From positions 26,845-90,844 of the forward strand of contig DATIHX010000008.1 in NCBI GenBank assembly GCA_035480235.1: a stretch of 64,000 nt of DNA, read 5' to 3'. Both the position numbers and the translations under genes were made by a program. A model generated the notes under the pieces. That model made no database searches. It was given only the letters and a program-made list of their open reading frames with translations, and had not been told where the DNA came from. Source of the stretch: Candidatus Saccharimonadales bacterium (lineage in GTDB: Bacteria > Patescibacteriota > UBA1384 > 2-12-FULL-50-11). Shown in pieces: positions 1 through 8,788 of the stretch (positions are counted from its first letter, which is position 1; the number at the start of each line of letters is the position of its first letter).

Positions 1-51
1 TCTCAACAGTTGTTAATGAACGTGGGGAATCATACCATATTATACCCGAAA

Positions 52-199
52 AGTCAAGGTCCTAACGGGTAATTTTGTAGTCTTCCAGCTTGTCTATTTC
101 TTCTTTAGTTTTGGCCTGGTAACTACATTGGGAACACTTAAAGCCCTCTTCATTCCTAATCATTGAACCTCGGCATTTGGGGCACTTTTTATACAGCAT
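52..199 (-). CDS. Small zinc-ribbon protein of about 48 aa (MLYKKCPKCRGS...CSQCSYQ).
   Basis: Unlisted short ORF with a CxxC-x16-CxxC motif. It lies inside the putative element and has no clear RBS. Confidence 0.3.
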
Positions 200-263
200 T
201 AACTCTTAATATCTCGGTAACAGGTAGGAAGTCAAATCTTAGAGTTATTAGAGATTTGCTACT

Positions 264-291
264 TGACAAACTATACATATATTTATAATAC
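264..291 (+). promoter_or_regulatory. Sigma70-like promoter (TTGACA 264-269, then TATAAT/TAATAC at 284-291) in an AT-rich block driving 325..2204.
   Basis: Hexamers are seen directly. A GGAGGG RBS precedes the ATG at 325. Confidence 0.4.
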
Positions 292-324
292 TATAATTAT
301 ATTTATAGTAACGATTGGAGGGAT

Positions 325-654
325 ATGCCAACGAAAGAAGCTACAATTCAGATCGCTAATCAAAGTCCGGCCTCGGCTAGTGAGGCTGCCTTATCTCTGA
401 ATCAGCCCCTTCTCGATCACTCCGGCTTCCAATCGATCGACACGGCGTTGCGCTCGATCTTCCCGACTACTCAGGAAGAAACGAAAGTCCAAAAAGCCCG
501 GGCTATCCTCCAAGAAGTTGCCGCTAATCTTTCCGACCAAGAGGTGGAAATCTTTATTACCGAACTCCAGTGCCTGATCGACTCCTGGTTCGACGTCTAT
601 GAGAAAGGCGTTTTTAACGGTTTGACGCTTAAAGAATTAATGAAAGGAGGGTAA
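325..654 (+). CDS. Hypothetical small acidic protein, translationally coupled to the serine recombinase. It could be an accessory or directionality factor.
   Basis: Good RBS. Its stop lies 2 nt before the recombinase ATG. Confidence 0.45.
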   Translation: MPTKEATIQIANQSPASASEAALSLNQPLLDHSGFQSIDTALRSIFPTTQEETKVQKARAILQEVAANLSDQEVEIFITELQCLIDSWFDVYEKGVFNGLTLKELMKGG

Positions 655-656
655 CC

Positions 657-2204
657 ATGGAAAATAAGATAGTTGGCTTAACAGCCAAGCGGATAGAGAA
701 AGCGGTCATTTATTTACGGGTCTCGACCGAAGAGCAGGTCGAGAACTACTCGCTCGATACCCAAAAGGAGATTTGTAAGAAAGAAGCGGACAAACGCCAC
801 TACGAGGTGGCGGAGATATTTCGGGAAGAAGGCCGCTCTGCTAAGACCGCCGATCGGCCGGAGCTGATCCGAATGCTGGAATACTGCCGGAAGCACAAGA
901 AGCAGATCGACACGGTAATAGTTTATCGGCTCGATCGGATCTCCCGCCAAACCTCGGATTATTTAGCCATCCGCAAAAAACTGACCGAGTGCGAGATTAC
1001 TTTAATCTCCGCTTCCGAACCGACCGGTAACAGCCCGACCGAGAAGTTTGTCGAAACGATGCTAGCTGGATTTGCCCAGATGGATAACGATATCCGAAGC
1101 GAACGGTCGCGTAACGGCATGAAAGCTCGGTTTTTAACCGGCCTCACCAACGGCGCGGTTCCTTTGGGCTACATCACCCTCAACGGCTACGCGACGAAAG
1201 ACCCCGAAAGCTGGGATTTGATGAAAGCGGCTTGGGAACGGATGGCCACCGGTACGACAACGCTCCAAGAGATGGCCAATATTCTCACTAAACAGGGCGT
1301 CCAAGAAAAAGTTCGGGGCCGATTGAAGAAGCTCCGCTCCCAGACCATGTCCCGGATCTTCAAGAATAAGTTTTACACTGGCCTCATCGCCTCCAAAACC
1401 TACAACCAGGAGGTTAAAGGCCAACACCCGCCGATGATTACCGAAGAGCTGTTCTACCAAGTCCAGGCGGTCATCGAAGGACGGAACAATAGCAAAGCAG
1501 TCTTACTGGCCAAAAAGAATCCCAATAACCCGAACTTTCCGTTGCGGAGGATTATTAAGTGCAGTATTTGTGGCCATTCTTTCACCGGTGGCTACAGCAA
1601 GGGCAAGAAGGCCCGCTTTGGCTATTATTTCTGTCCACAACGCTGCTACAAGGGCCGCGGGTCCTCCGTGCCGATTGATGACATGGATCAGGAGATGATC
1701 GCCTTGCTGGGGAAGATAACGCTCAAAGAGAAAACCGCTGATTTATTAACGGCTTATATCCGCCGGACCTACCAGGAACGGGCAGCAACGTTAATTACTC
1801 GCCGAGCCGATGCCGACGAAGAGCTCCAGAGCCTCTATAAGATCCGCCAGACGTTGATTGAAAAGAATCTCTCCGGTATTTACTCGGATGATGTCTTTAA
1901 AGAGCAGAATAAGCGGATCGAAGAAAAGATCACGACGATCCAGATCACGAAAAACGATGAAGTCTTGGAGAAGTATAACCTTGAGAGGATTTGCGAATCC
2001 ATTACAGCCAAATTCGCAAACCTCGCTCAAACCTACACAGAATCGTCCCTAGAACAGAAGCGGGTCATGTTGTGTTCGATTTTCCCGGTCGGAGTGCCCT
2101 GGGGCTATCCGGGCTATTCGAACACCCAAATTCATGACGTTTACACCTGTTGCTTGGAACTAAACAGCAATGATGTCTCTTTTGGTGGACCCTACCGGGC
2201 TTGA
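657..2204 (+). CDS. Large serine recombinase with resolvase/invertase N-terminal catalytic domain, recombinase domain and C-terminal Cys-rich zinc ribbon.
   Basis: N-terminus AVIYLRVSTEEQ...YSLDTQ...RLDRISR with catalytic Ser, and central CSICGH...C motifs, are typical of phage or ICE large serine integrases. Confidence 0.85.
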   Translation: MENKIVGLTAKRIEKAVIYLRVSTEEQVENYSLDTQKEICKKEADKRHYEVAEIFREEGRSAKTADRPELIRMLEYCRKHKKQIDTVIVYRLDRISRQTSDYLAIRKKLTECEITLISASEPTGNSPTEKFVETMLAGFAQMDNDIRSERSRNGMKARFLTGLTNGAVPLGYITLNGYATKDPESWDLMKAAWERMATGTTTLQEMANILTKQGVQEKVRGRLKKLRSQTMSRIFKNKFYTGLIASKTYNQEVKGQHPPMITEELFYQVQAVIEGRNNSKAVLLAKKNPNNPNFPLRRIIKCSICGHSFTGGYSKGKKARFGYYFCPQRCYKGRGSSVPIDDMDQEMIALLGKITLKEKTADLLTAYIRRTYQERAATLITRRADADEELQSLYKIRQTLIEKNLSGIYSDDVFKEQNKRIEEKITTIQITKNDEVLEKYNLERICESITAKFANLAQTYTESSLEQKRVMLCSIFPVGVPWGYPGYSNTQIHDVYTCCLELNSNDVSFGGPYRA

Positions 2205-2258
2205 ACCGGTCACCTCCTGACTGCCAGCCAGGCGCTCTACCAAATGAGCTAAGGGCCC
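2183..2258 (-). tRNA. tRNA-Ala (anticodon GGC).
   Basis: Cloverleaf read by hand on the minus strand: acceptor GGGCCCT with a G3:U70 pair, anticodon loop CTGGCAG, T-loop GGTTCAAGCC, and an encoded CCA. Confidence 0.85.
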
Positions 2259-2264
2259 GAGAAA

Positions 2265-2936
2265 CTACGAACCAATAATTTGTGAGATTATCTGCAACTC
2301 ATTATAAATGTTTGCCGAAAAGTAGTCTATACGGCAAACACCTTTGTAGGTTAGTTTGAGCGTGACCCTGCCGTGACTTCGGGCGTCAATTTGTGCATCG
2401 TAAAACTTTTCAAGGGGTATGCCAGTTATTTCTGACCAAAATTTCTCTAGTTCTTTGATGTTTTGATCGGCACGGCATTGAAGGGTGCAGCGAAATTTCG
2501 TTTCGTCGATTGGATAGCATTTTCTCAACAACTTTAGAAACAGTTTAATTATTTTTGGGTCGGAATTGCCAAACATTAAGCTACTTGGTTGCTTTCCGCC
2601 CTCAGTAAGATTGAGAATAGATAGGGCGATGAGCGCGGTTTGACGATCAGAACTAAGTTTATCGCTAAGATTGGCGTACTTATTGCTGATGCCCTGCAAA
2701 TACGCCGCTCGTTTCTTCCGAATTACTTCAAGGGCTTTCAGGCGATTAATGGCCAGTTTTTGGATATTTAGTTTATTTATTCTTGAGCGCTGATTATCAG
2801 CTAACCGAATATCGCTACACCAACCCGCGGCAGTACTTTTTGATACCGCTATATCTAGCTTCGAATTGATTTCAGCATACGTGAGCCCTTGCTTGCGCAA
2901 AGCTCGAAACTTAAATTTTACAGCCTCTGGCTCCAT
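2265..2936 (-). CDS. Hypothetical basic protein flanking tRNA-Ala.
   Basis: Intact 223-aa ORF with no recognisable motif. Confidence 0.45.
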   Translation of the reverse strand: MEPEAVKFKFRALRKQGLTYAEINSKLDIAVSKSTAAGWCSDIRLADNQRSRINKLNIQKLAINRLKALEVIRKKRAAYLQGISNKYANLSDKLSSDRQTALIALSILNLTEGGKQPSSLMFGNSDPKIIKLFLKLLRKCYPIDETKFRCTLQCRADQNIKELEKFWSEITGIPLEKFYDAQIDARSHGRVTLKLTYKGVCRIDYFSANIYNELQIISQIIGS

Positions 2937-2979
2937 AACCTAATCGTACTACAGAACCTTTAAATGTCACTAGAACAAT

Positions 2980-4647
2980 TCACCTAACCGCAGAAGCGGG
3001 AGTATTAGCAACAATCGGAGTCGAAGTTGGAGCGACAGATTCGGCTGGTTCATCAGCTTTCAAAATTAAGCTCTCGCCGGTCATTTCGGGCGACTTTTGA
3101 AGGTTAAATAGCGTGAGAATGGTTGGCGCGACATCAGACAGCGAACCGCCTTGACGTAACAGCCAGCCCTTCGCCACATCACCGGCAATAATAAACGGTA
3201 CAGGACTATTGGTGTGTTCAGTGTCTGGCTCGCCGGTTTTGGGGTTAACCATCTGCTCGACGTTGCCGTGGTCAGCTGTGACGATAAAAATACCGCCCAA
3301 CTTATTAACTGCGTCAAAAATTTGCTGCAAGCCCGCGTCCACTGCTTCACAAGCCTGGATGGCCGCTCGCAAATTGCCGGTGTGGCCGACCATATCGGGG
3401 TTGGCGTAATTGAGGACAATGAAATCATACTTGCCGAGGTTTTCCAAAACCGTTTTAGTGATCGCCGCGCTACTCATCGCCGGTACTTGGTCGTAACTGG
3501 GCACTTTCGGCGACGGAACGACGATCCGGTCTTCGCCGGTAAAAGCTTTTTCTTGGCCGCCGTTAAAAAAATAGGTGACGTGAGCGTATTTTTCGCTTTC
3601 GGCCACGTGAAGTTGCTTTAAACCAGCGGCTGAGAGCACACCGGAGAGCGGTAATTTAACATCTTTGGGTTTGAAGGCTACTTCCATCGGTAAACCCTCC
3701 TGGTAGTAAGTAAACCCGGCAAAATAAACATTTTGGAGGATTTTTTTGCGGTTAAAGCCGTCAAAATCCGGCTTCACAATGGCTTGGGTAATTTCCCGGG
3801 CCCGGTCGCCGCGGAAGTTAAAGAAAATTACCGAATCACCATCTTGAATCGGCACGAAGCTGTTATTCTCGCCCTGAATAACAGTTGGCGGAACGAACTC
3901 GTCGGAGAAACCGTCGCGGTAAGCAGCGGCCACCGCTGCCTCGGCGGTTTTGGCGCTGTTACCGACGCCTTCGGTCATCGCCCGGTAAACTTTTTCAATC
4001 CGCTCCCAGCGATGGTCGCGGTCCATGGCGTAGTAACGCCCTTCCACCGTACAAATCCGGCCAAAGCCGAGCTTTTTCAGGTTGGTAGCGACACGGGCTA
4101 AGTACTCTTCGGCGGCAAATGGCGCCGTATCGCGGCCGTCGGTGAAAGCGTGAATGCAGACGTTGGTAAATTCAACACTTTTGGCCATATCTAGCAACGC
4201 AAAGAGGTGGTCGATGTGGCTATGAATACCACCGTCGCTGCAAAGACCCATAATATGAACGGCCTTGCCGGCCGCTTTGGCATTAGTAAAGGCTTTGATT
4301 AGGACCGGATTTTTTAGAAAACTGCCGTCTTTGATAGCGGTAGTAATAGACGGAAATGCCTCTTGTACAACTTGGCCGCTACCGATATTTAAGTGGCCGA
4401 CCTCCGAGTTGCCGCGGTCGTGGTCTGGCAAGCCAACCGCCTCGCCGGAGGCAGCCAAAGTCGTGTATGGGAAGGTTTTAGTGGCCATATTCATAAACGG
4501 TGTGTGGGCCAAGGCCACGGCGTTACCGCCCCATTCCGGCGCTACCCCCCAGCCGTCCATCACGCAAAGGACAATTGGTCTCGGCCCAGCCGGAGAGCCA
4601 AGCTTACCAGCTTCGCTGGTCGCTATTGGTTTCGGCGGTTTAGGCAT
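2980..4647 (-). CDS. gpmI: 2,3-bisphosphoglycerate-independent phosphoglycerate mutase.
   Basis: iPGM signatures MGLCSDGGIHSH and ADHGN. It overlaps eno by 8 nt. Confidence 0.93.
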   Translation of the reverse strand: MPKPPKPIATSEAGKLGSPAGPRPIVLCVMDGWGVAPEWGGNAVALAHTPFMNMATKTFPYTTLAASGEAVGLPDHDRGNSEVGHLNIGSGQVVQEAFPSITTAIKDGSFLKNPVLIKAFTNAKAAGKAVHIMGLCSDGGIHSHIDHLFALLDMAKSVEFTNVCIHAFTDGRDTAPFAAEEYLARVATNLKKLGFGRICTVEGRYYAMDRDHRWERIEKVYRAMTEGVGNSAKTAEAAVAAAYRDGFSDEFVPPTVIQGENNSFVPIQDGDSVIFFNFRGDRAREITQAIVKPDFDGFNRKKILQNVYFAGFTYYQEGLPMEVAFKPKDVKLPLSGVLSAAGLKQLHVAESEKYAHVTYFFNGGQEKAFTGEDRIVVPSPKVPSYDQVPAMSSAAITKTVLENLGKYDFIVLNYANPDMVGHTGNLRAAIQACEAVDAGLQQIFDAVNKLGGIFIVTADHGNVEQMVNPKTGEPDTEHTNSPVPFIIAGDVAKGWLLRQGGSLSDVAPTILTLFNLQKSPEMTGESLILKADEPAESVAPTSTPIVANTPASAVR

Positions 4648-5854
4648 TCTTATTGGCGGTGAGTTGATCCTCGATAGTTAATAACCGGCGGTATTTGGTC
4701 ATTCTTTCCGGGTGAGCGTCGTTGGGCGCGCCGGTTTTAATAAACTGGGCGCCGATGCCAACGGCGAAATCGGCGATGTAGTCGTCTAATGTTTCGCCGG
4801 AGCGGTGCGAGACGATAATTACGTAACCAGCTTGGCGAGCCTGTTCAACAACTTGCAGCGTTTCAGTGAGGGTGCCGATTTGGTTAAGCTTCACTAAAAT
4901 CGCGTTAGCGGCATTCAACTCGATGCCTTTTTTCAGCCGCTCAGTGTTAGTGACGAATAAATCATCGCCAATCAGCAACAACTTTTTGTTACTAGCGTTC
5001 TGCTTGCTCATTTCGGAACGAAACTCTGCCCAGTTTTGCCAGTCTTCTTCACCGAACGGATCCTCCAGTGAGAGGATGGGGTAATCGTTAATTAAGCCGA
5101 TGTAGCGCTTGGTGGAGACTTCAAAGGTGGCCGGTAAGCTCGAGGCCGCCACGTCAAGAGCGAGCGAAATTTCATCCCAAGGCTTATAACCAGACTGTTT
5201 GATGGCTTGGAGAAGTAAATCCAGGGCGATCTCGTTAGTGTCCAGGTTAGGGGCGTAACCGCCTTCGTCACCGATCGGCACAAATGCCCCGTCGCCACGC
5301 AATATTTGGCCGAGCGTACTAAAAACCAGCTTACCGGCCGAAAGTTGGTTGTGATAACCAGCTACCTTGTCGGGCACCACCATAAACTCTTGCATATCGA
5401 GATTATTATCGGCGTGTTTGCCGCCGTTAATCAGGTTGAACATCGGAATAGGGACGGCAAAGCCCTTGCGGTGGTCTAGTTCACCGATGTACTGATAGAG
5501 CTCTATACCCTTTTCAGCGGCTGCGGCTCGCGATACCGCCAACGAAACGCCGAGCATCGTATTAGCGCCGAGTCGGTTTTTATCGTTGGTACCATCGAGT
5601 TTGATCATCGCCGCGTCAATCTCGGCCTGATCAAATGGGTCTTTGCCCTGCAAGAGCGGTAGAAATTGGTTCTTGATTATTTCCACCGACTTGGCAGGGT
5701 CTACAACTTTCGCCTCAAAAGTACCAACCGACTTGCCGGCCGGGATGGCGGCGGCGCCGGCTTTGCCGCCATCGGTTTCCACTGCCACTTGCAGCGTCGC
5801 ATCGCCGCGCGAGTCGTGGATCACCTCTCCAACAATGTGTTTAATTTTTGCCAT
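4640..5854 (-). CDS. eno: Enolase.
   Basis: MAKIKHIVGEVIHDSRG...SHRSGETEDDYIADFAV...KTGAPNDAHPERMTKY are classic enolase blocks. Confidence 0.95.
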   Translation of the reverse strand: MAKIKHIVGEVIHDSRGDATLQVAVETDGGKAGAAAIPAGKSVGTFEAKVVDPAKSVEIIKNQFLPLLQGKDPFDQAEIDAAMIKLDGTNDKNRLGANTMLGVSLAVSRAAAAEKGIELYQYIGELDHRKGFAVPIPMFNLINGGKHADNNLDMQEFMVVPDKVAGYHNQLSAGKLVFSTLGQILRGDGAFVPIGDEGGYAPNLDTNEIALDLLLQAIKQSGYKPWDEISLALDVAASSLPATFEVSTKRYIGLINDYPILSLEDPFGEEDWQNWAEFRSEMSKQNASNKKLLLIGDDLFVTNTERLKKGIELNAANAILVKLNQIGTLTETLQVVEQARQAGYVIIVSHRSGETLDDYIADFAVGIGAQFIKTGAPNDAHPERMTKYRRLLTIEDQLTANKNA

Positions 5855-5997
5855 AGCGTTAATTAATTCCCTCGCTTATTGTACTCAGCTGAGCTCTTCA
5901 CATTTTCCGATTCGAAATGCTCGCGCCGCTCGCCTCGAACCCGAAAAGGTTCGACATCGTGGATCACCTCTCCAACAATGTGTTTAATTTTTGTCAT
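5814..5997. repeat. 41-nt direct repeat with 1 mismatch: copy A at 5814-5854 is the eno start and copy B at 5957-5997 is the uORF start.
   Basis: tcgtggatcacctctccaacaatgtgtttaatttttg[c/t]cat occurs twice, 143 nt apart. Confidence 0.8.
5863..5997 (-). CDS. 44-aa uORF whose first 14 codons (MTKIKHIVGEVIHD) duplicate the enolase N-terminus. Its start overlaps the pgi/pmi stop (TGATG).
   Basis: Read directly from the sequence. The GAGGG at its 3' end serves as the eno RBS. Confidence 0.3.
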   Translation of the reverse strand: MTKIKHIVGEVIHDVEPFRVRGERREHFESENVKSSAEYNKRGN

Positions 5998-7016
5998 CAG
6001 ATTTTTTTGAGCGCTTCCTTTAGTGTAGCAATTTCTTCGACTGGCGTGGGGTCCACTCCGTAAACGCCGGCCAAATAATAGCTTAACAGGTCGCCGAAGT
6101 GGAGCAGTAACAATTGTTCACCAAGTTGACTACTGGATTGAACCGACAGTGGCACCACCGGAATCTGCTGGTTTTCAAAACTTTGGCTAACAACTTTCGC
6201 CCGCGCCACATTGCGGCTAAAGCTGTAGCTAGATTCTAGTAGTAAGACGGTTAATTTTTCGGGGATAGCGAATTCAAGACCGGCAATCAGGTTATGGCAG
6301 AGCTCCGGCAGGGCGGCCGGAAAAGCAGTGGTTTTACTGTTCTCGTTCAGTTGGGTGGCAAAACGGCGAGCCACCGCCCCTAGCGGCGCGGCGGCAGCGA
6401 TAATCGGCAACTCATTATTAAGGCTCATCGCCAGTGCCTCGGCTTTCGGCTCAAAGGTCCGTTTACTGATGCTGGAGCGAATTTCTTCGATGGCTCGGAA
6501 CAAATCGCCCTCCTTAAATGGGAAGTGGCCGGTTTTGGCCAGTGCCACCAGGAGCGAACCGTACAACTCGCCGATCGCCGCCCGGGGCGGCAGGTCGGGT
6601 TGCAATTTTACGACCGGAAGGCCGTGCATTTCCGCCAACCCCTCCATCTTACCGCCGCTGGTAATCACTAGCGCCGGTATTTTTCGCTCGGCTGCTTGTT
6701 TAACAGCGCTTAATGTTTCTTCGGTTTCGCCCGAGTAGCTAATGGCGATAAACAGAGTCTCGTCGTCGGCCCAGTGCGGCAAATTGTAATCGGCCCAAGT
6801 AAAAATAGGTGTCGGCGCAGCGGCAAATAATTCTTGGGCCAATGCGCCAGCGATGCCTGAGCCGCCCATACCGGCTATTAAAACTTGGTCAAATTCGTTC
6901 GGCAATGCCAAATCTTTTATCCAATGGGTCGTCCAGGTTTTTTCCAATTGATTCGGTAAATCCTGGATTTTTTCCAGCATTTTCCCGTCGTCGAGAACGA
7001 CTATCTGTTCAGACAT
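5997..7016 (-). CDS. Bifunctional phosphoglucose/phosphomannose isomerase family (SIS domains).
   Basis: Two SIS-like nucleotide-sugar phosphate binding blocks (GMGGSGIAG and ISYSGETEET), and glycolytic neighbours. Confidence 0.7.
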   Translation of the reverse strand: MSEQIVVLDDGKMLEKIQDLPNQLEKTWTTHWIKDLALPNEFDQVLIAGMGGSGIAGALAQELFAAAPTPIFTWADYNLPHWADDETLFIAISYSGETEETLSAVKQAAERKIPALVITSGGKMEGLAEMHGLPVVKLQPDLPPRAAIGELYGSLLVALAKTGHFPFKEGDLFRAIEEIRSSISKRTFEPKAEALAMSLNNELPIIAAAAPLGAVARRFATQLNENSKTTAFPAALPELCHNLIAGLEFAIPEKLTVLLLESSYSFSRNVARAKVVSQSFENQQIPVVPLSVQSSSQLGEQLLLLHFGDLLSYYLAGVYGVDPTPVEEIATLKEALKKI

Positions 7017-7221
7017 AAATTAACACTAACAATTTGTGGACCGGATGGGAATTGGACCCACTACTTCCTCAATGCGAATGAGGCGTTCTACCGATGAACT
7101 ACCGGCCCAGAATCATTTTGCCAGTAGTTCTTTCTCGCCTATTGGCTCGAAATGAACTACTGGCCCTTGGTTAGTTCCTACTGTAATTCTACCCTAAATA
7201 TTGATAGAATTAACTAGTTCT

Positions 7222-7305
7222 GCCGGAGTGGTGGAACGGTTTTACACGCACGACTCAAAATCGTGTGAGGGCAACCTCATGTGGGTTCGAATCCCACCTC
7301 CGGCA
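7222..7305 (+). tRNA. tRNA-Leu (anticodon CAA).
   Basis: Acceptor GCCGGAG/CTCCGGC, anticodon stem CACGA/TCGTG with loop CTCAAAA, long variable arm, T-loop GGTTCGAATCC. Confidence 0.85.
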
Positions 7306-7309
7306 CAGC

Positions 7310-8038
7310 ATGAAACAAGTGACCTTTGACGAAAACGACATCAAAAAAATAATTCGGGTGGATACAACGGCCCAAAAGTTTTGGCGGCGGTTTTGGTGGA
7401 CGATTCGCCAGGTCATCTACTTACTGGCGCTTTTTGTTTTCTTCTTTTACGCCTTAAACTACGCTGCCTACTTTAAGCGTTTCCAGTACGCGGTTGAAGC
7501 CAAACCGATTCAAAAAATCGCCATTGCTCCACCGCCCGCCCCAGCCGCCCCGCTACCCGATTACGCCCCAGAAGTGGATATCCCGAAAATTAACGTCAGT
7601 GCACCGTTACTAGTTAACGTCTCGGTGGCCGATATGTTGAGCCAGCTAACCAGCGGCGTGGTTCAATACCTGGATACGGCCCTGCCCGGCCAAACCGGCA
7701 ATATGGTGTTAGTGGGCCATTCGTCAAATTTCCCCTGGATTCACAGCCAATACAACACGGTTTTCGCCCTGGTCGATAAGCTAAGTGCCGGTGACCAAAT
7801 CATTGTGCCGTTTCACGCCCAAAAATATGTTTATGAAGTAACTAGCAGTAAAATTGTTAAACCCACCGACCTGGCCGTTTTAAATAAAACCGACACCCCA
7901 ACTCTGACGCTCTTAACCTGTTACCCAGTCGGCACCACCCGTAGCCGCTATATTGTGCTGGCCAAACTAGTGAGCGATAACGTTTCTGGCAGCCAAACAA
8001 GTGAACCGGCTACCGCTACGGTCCCGTCGCCGCGCTAG
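7310..8038 (+). CDS. Sortase family transpeptidase with an N-terminal membrane anchor.
   Basis: Catalytic His in LVGHSS and TLxTC Cys motif (TLTLLTCYP) plus a downstream Arg. The annotated upstream start overlaps the tRNA, so I place the start at ATG 7310. Confidence 0.8.
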   Translation: MKQVTFDENDIKKIIRVDTTAQKFWRRFWWTIRQVIYLLALFVFFFYALNYAAYFKRFQYAVEAKPIQKIAIAPPPAPAAPLPDYAPEVDIPKINVSAPLLVNVSVADMLSQLTSGVVQYLDTALPGQTGNMVLVGHSSNFPWIHSQYNTVFALVDKLSAGDQIIVPFHAQKYVYEVTSSKIVKPTDLAVLNKTDTPTLTLLTCYPVGTTRSRYIVLAKLVSDNVSGSQTSEPATATVPSPR

Positions 8039-8741
8039 GCATTAAAAGGTCGATTTCTTTAGCCGTGGGGCCGTCAAATATTGTTAGCTGCCAGTTGGCA
8101 GTATCGATATTGAAATTCAGCCGATCGCTAGAGCCGGCCTGGTAAATAGTAAAATCTTGGTTATTTTCAGCAAAAAAGAGGTGGAGTTCGTTGCCTTGTT
8201 GGTATAGATAGCTGGTGTCAAGCCGGTGGGCCTGAACAAGTGGGCTGGCGAAGCGGCTGACTAAACTGCCGAAATCGATCAGTTGGCCGTTTTGAAAAAC
8301 CAATCCAATATCAAACGGGCTATTCGGCCGGTAAACAGCCGCTGGAGCGTCGGTGATTTGCGGTTCTTGAGCGATTAAGATCGCTTTTTTCACGACCCCG
8401 GCTTGGCCGGGGGAGAGTTGGAAAATCCGGTCATACGGGTAGAAACCGGCTCTGGTGATGGCTAGGTCGTAACGGCCGCCCGGTAAGCCGTCTAAGGTAA
8501 TCGGTGTGGCATTACCAACCACTTTGCCGTTTAAGGCTACCGTCACGTCGCTTAAGGAATTATTGACGGCGATCACCGCGGTTGTTTCAAAGCTGCCAGT
8601 GGCCTTATCGAACCTCAAGCCGGTCGCCCAAACGATGGTAGTTAGGGTGATGACCAAGAAAAGGGCGGCGCCGACAAGCGAAATAATTAAACTAATTCGC
8701 CGTTGGCGTTTGGCGTAGCTCATTAATTTAGTATAGCGCAC
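8016..8741 (-). CDS. Membrane-anchored PEGA-domain protein.
   Basis: N-terminal TM helix. The PEGA-like block is NATPITLDGLPGGRYDLAITRAGFYPY. Confidence 0.55.
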   Translation of the reverse strand: MRYTKLMSYAKRQRRISLIISLVGAALFLVITLTTIVWATGLRFDKATGSFETTAVIAVNNSLSDVTVALNGKVVGNATPITLDGLPGGRYDLAITRAGFYPYDRIFQLSPGQAGVVKKAILIAQEPQITDAPAAVYRPNSPFDIGLVFQNGQLIDFGSLVSRFASPLVQAHRLDTSYLYQQGNELHLFFAENNQDFTIYQAGSSDRLNFNIDTANWQLTIFDGPTAKEIDLLMPSAATGP

Positions 8742-8788
8742 TTACTGGCCGTTGTTTCCAGGGAAAGGTTTGGTACAATGCCTCCAAG

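Larger units (their letters stand above)
1..2204 (+). mobile_element. Integrase-proximal end of an integrated element: promoter, small ORF and large serine recombinase abutting and overlapping the tRNA-Ala 3' end. The other boundary lies left of the window.
   Basis: The recombinase stop at 2204 overlaps the tRNA-Ala 3' end (2183-2204). An AT-rich promoter block lies at 240-320. tRNA-flanked integrase is the classic attL architecture. Confidence 0.35.

Noticed and set aside
2265-2936. Possible degenerate LAGLIDADG homing endonuclease (ALIALSILNLTEGG) next to the tRNA.
   Set aside because: The motif match is too weak, with no acidic residue at the expected position, and its location in the protein is atypical. 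I left it as hypothetical.
3081-4681. Several 60-140-aa ORFs on both strands inside gpmI, and similar ORFs inside eno, nusA, clpC, ftsZ, nrdJ and the T4SS-like ATPases.
   Set aside because: These are shadow ORFs wholly embedded in well-supported genes. They have low-complexity Arg/Ala/Pro-rich translations and no RBS.
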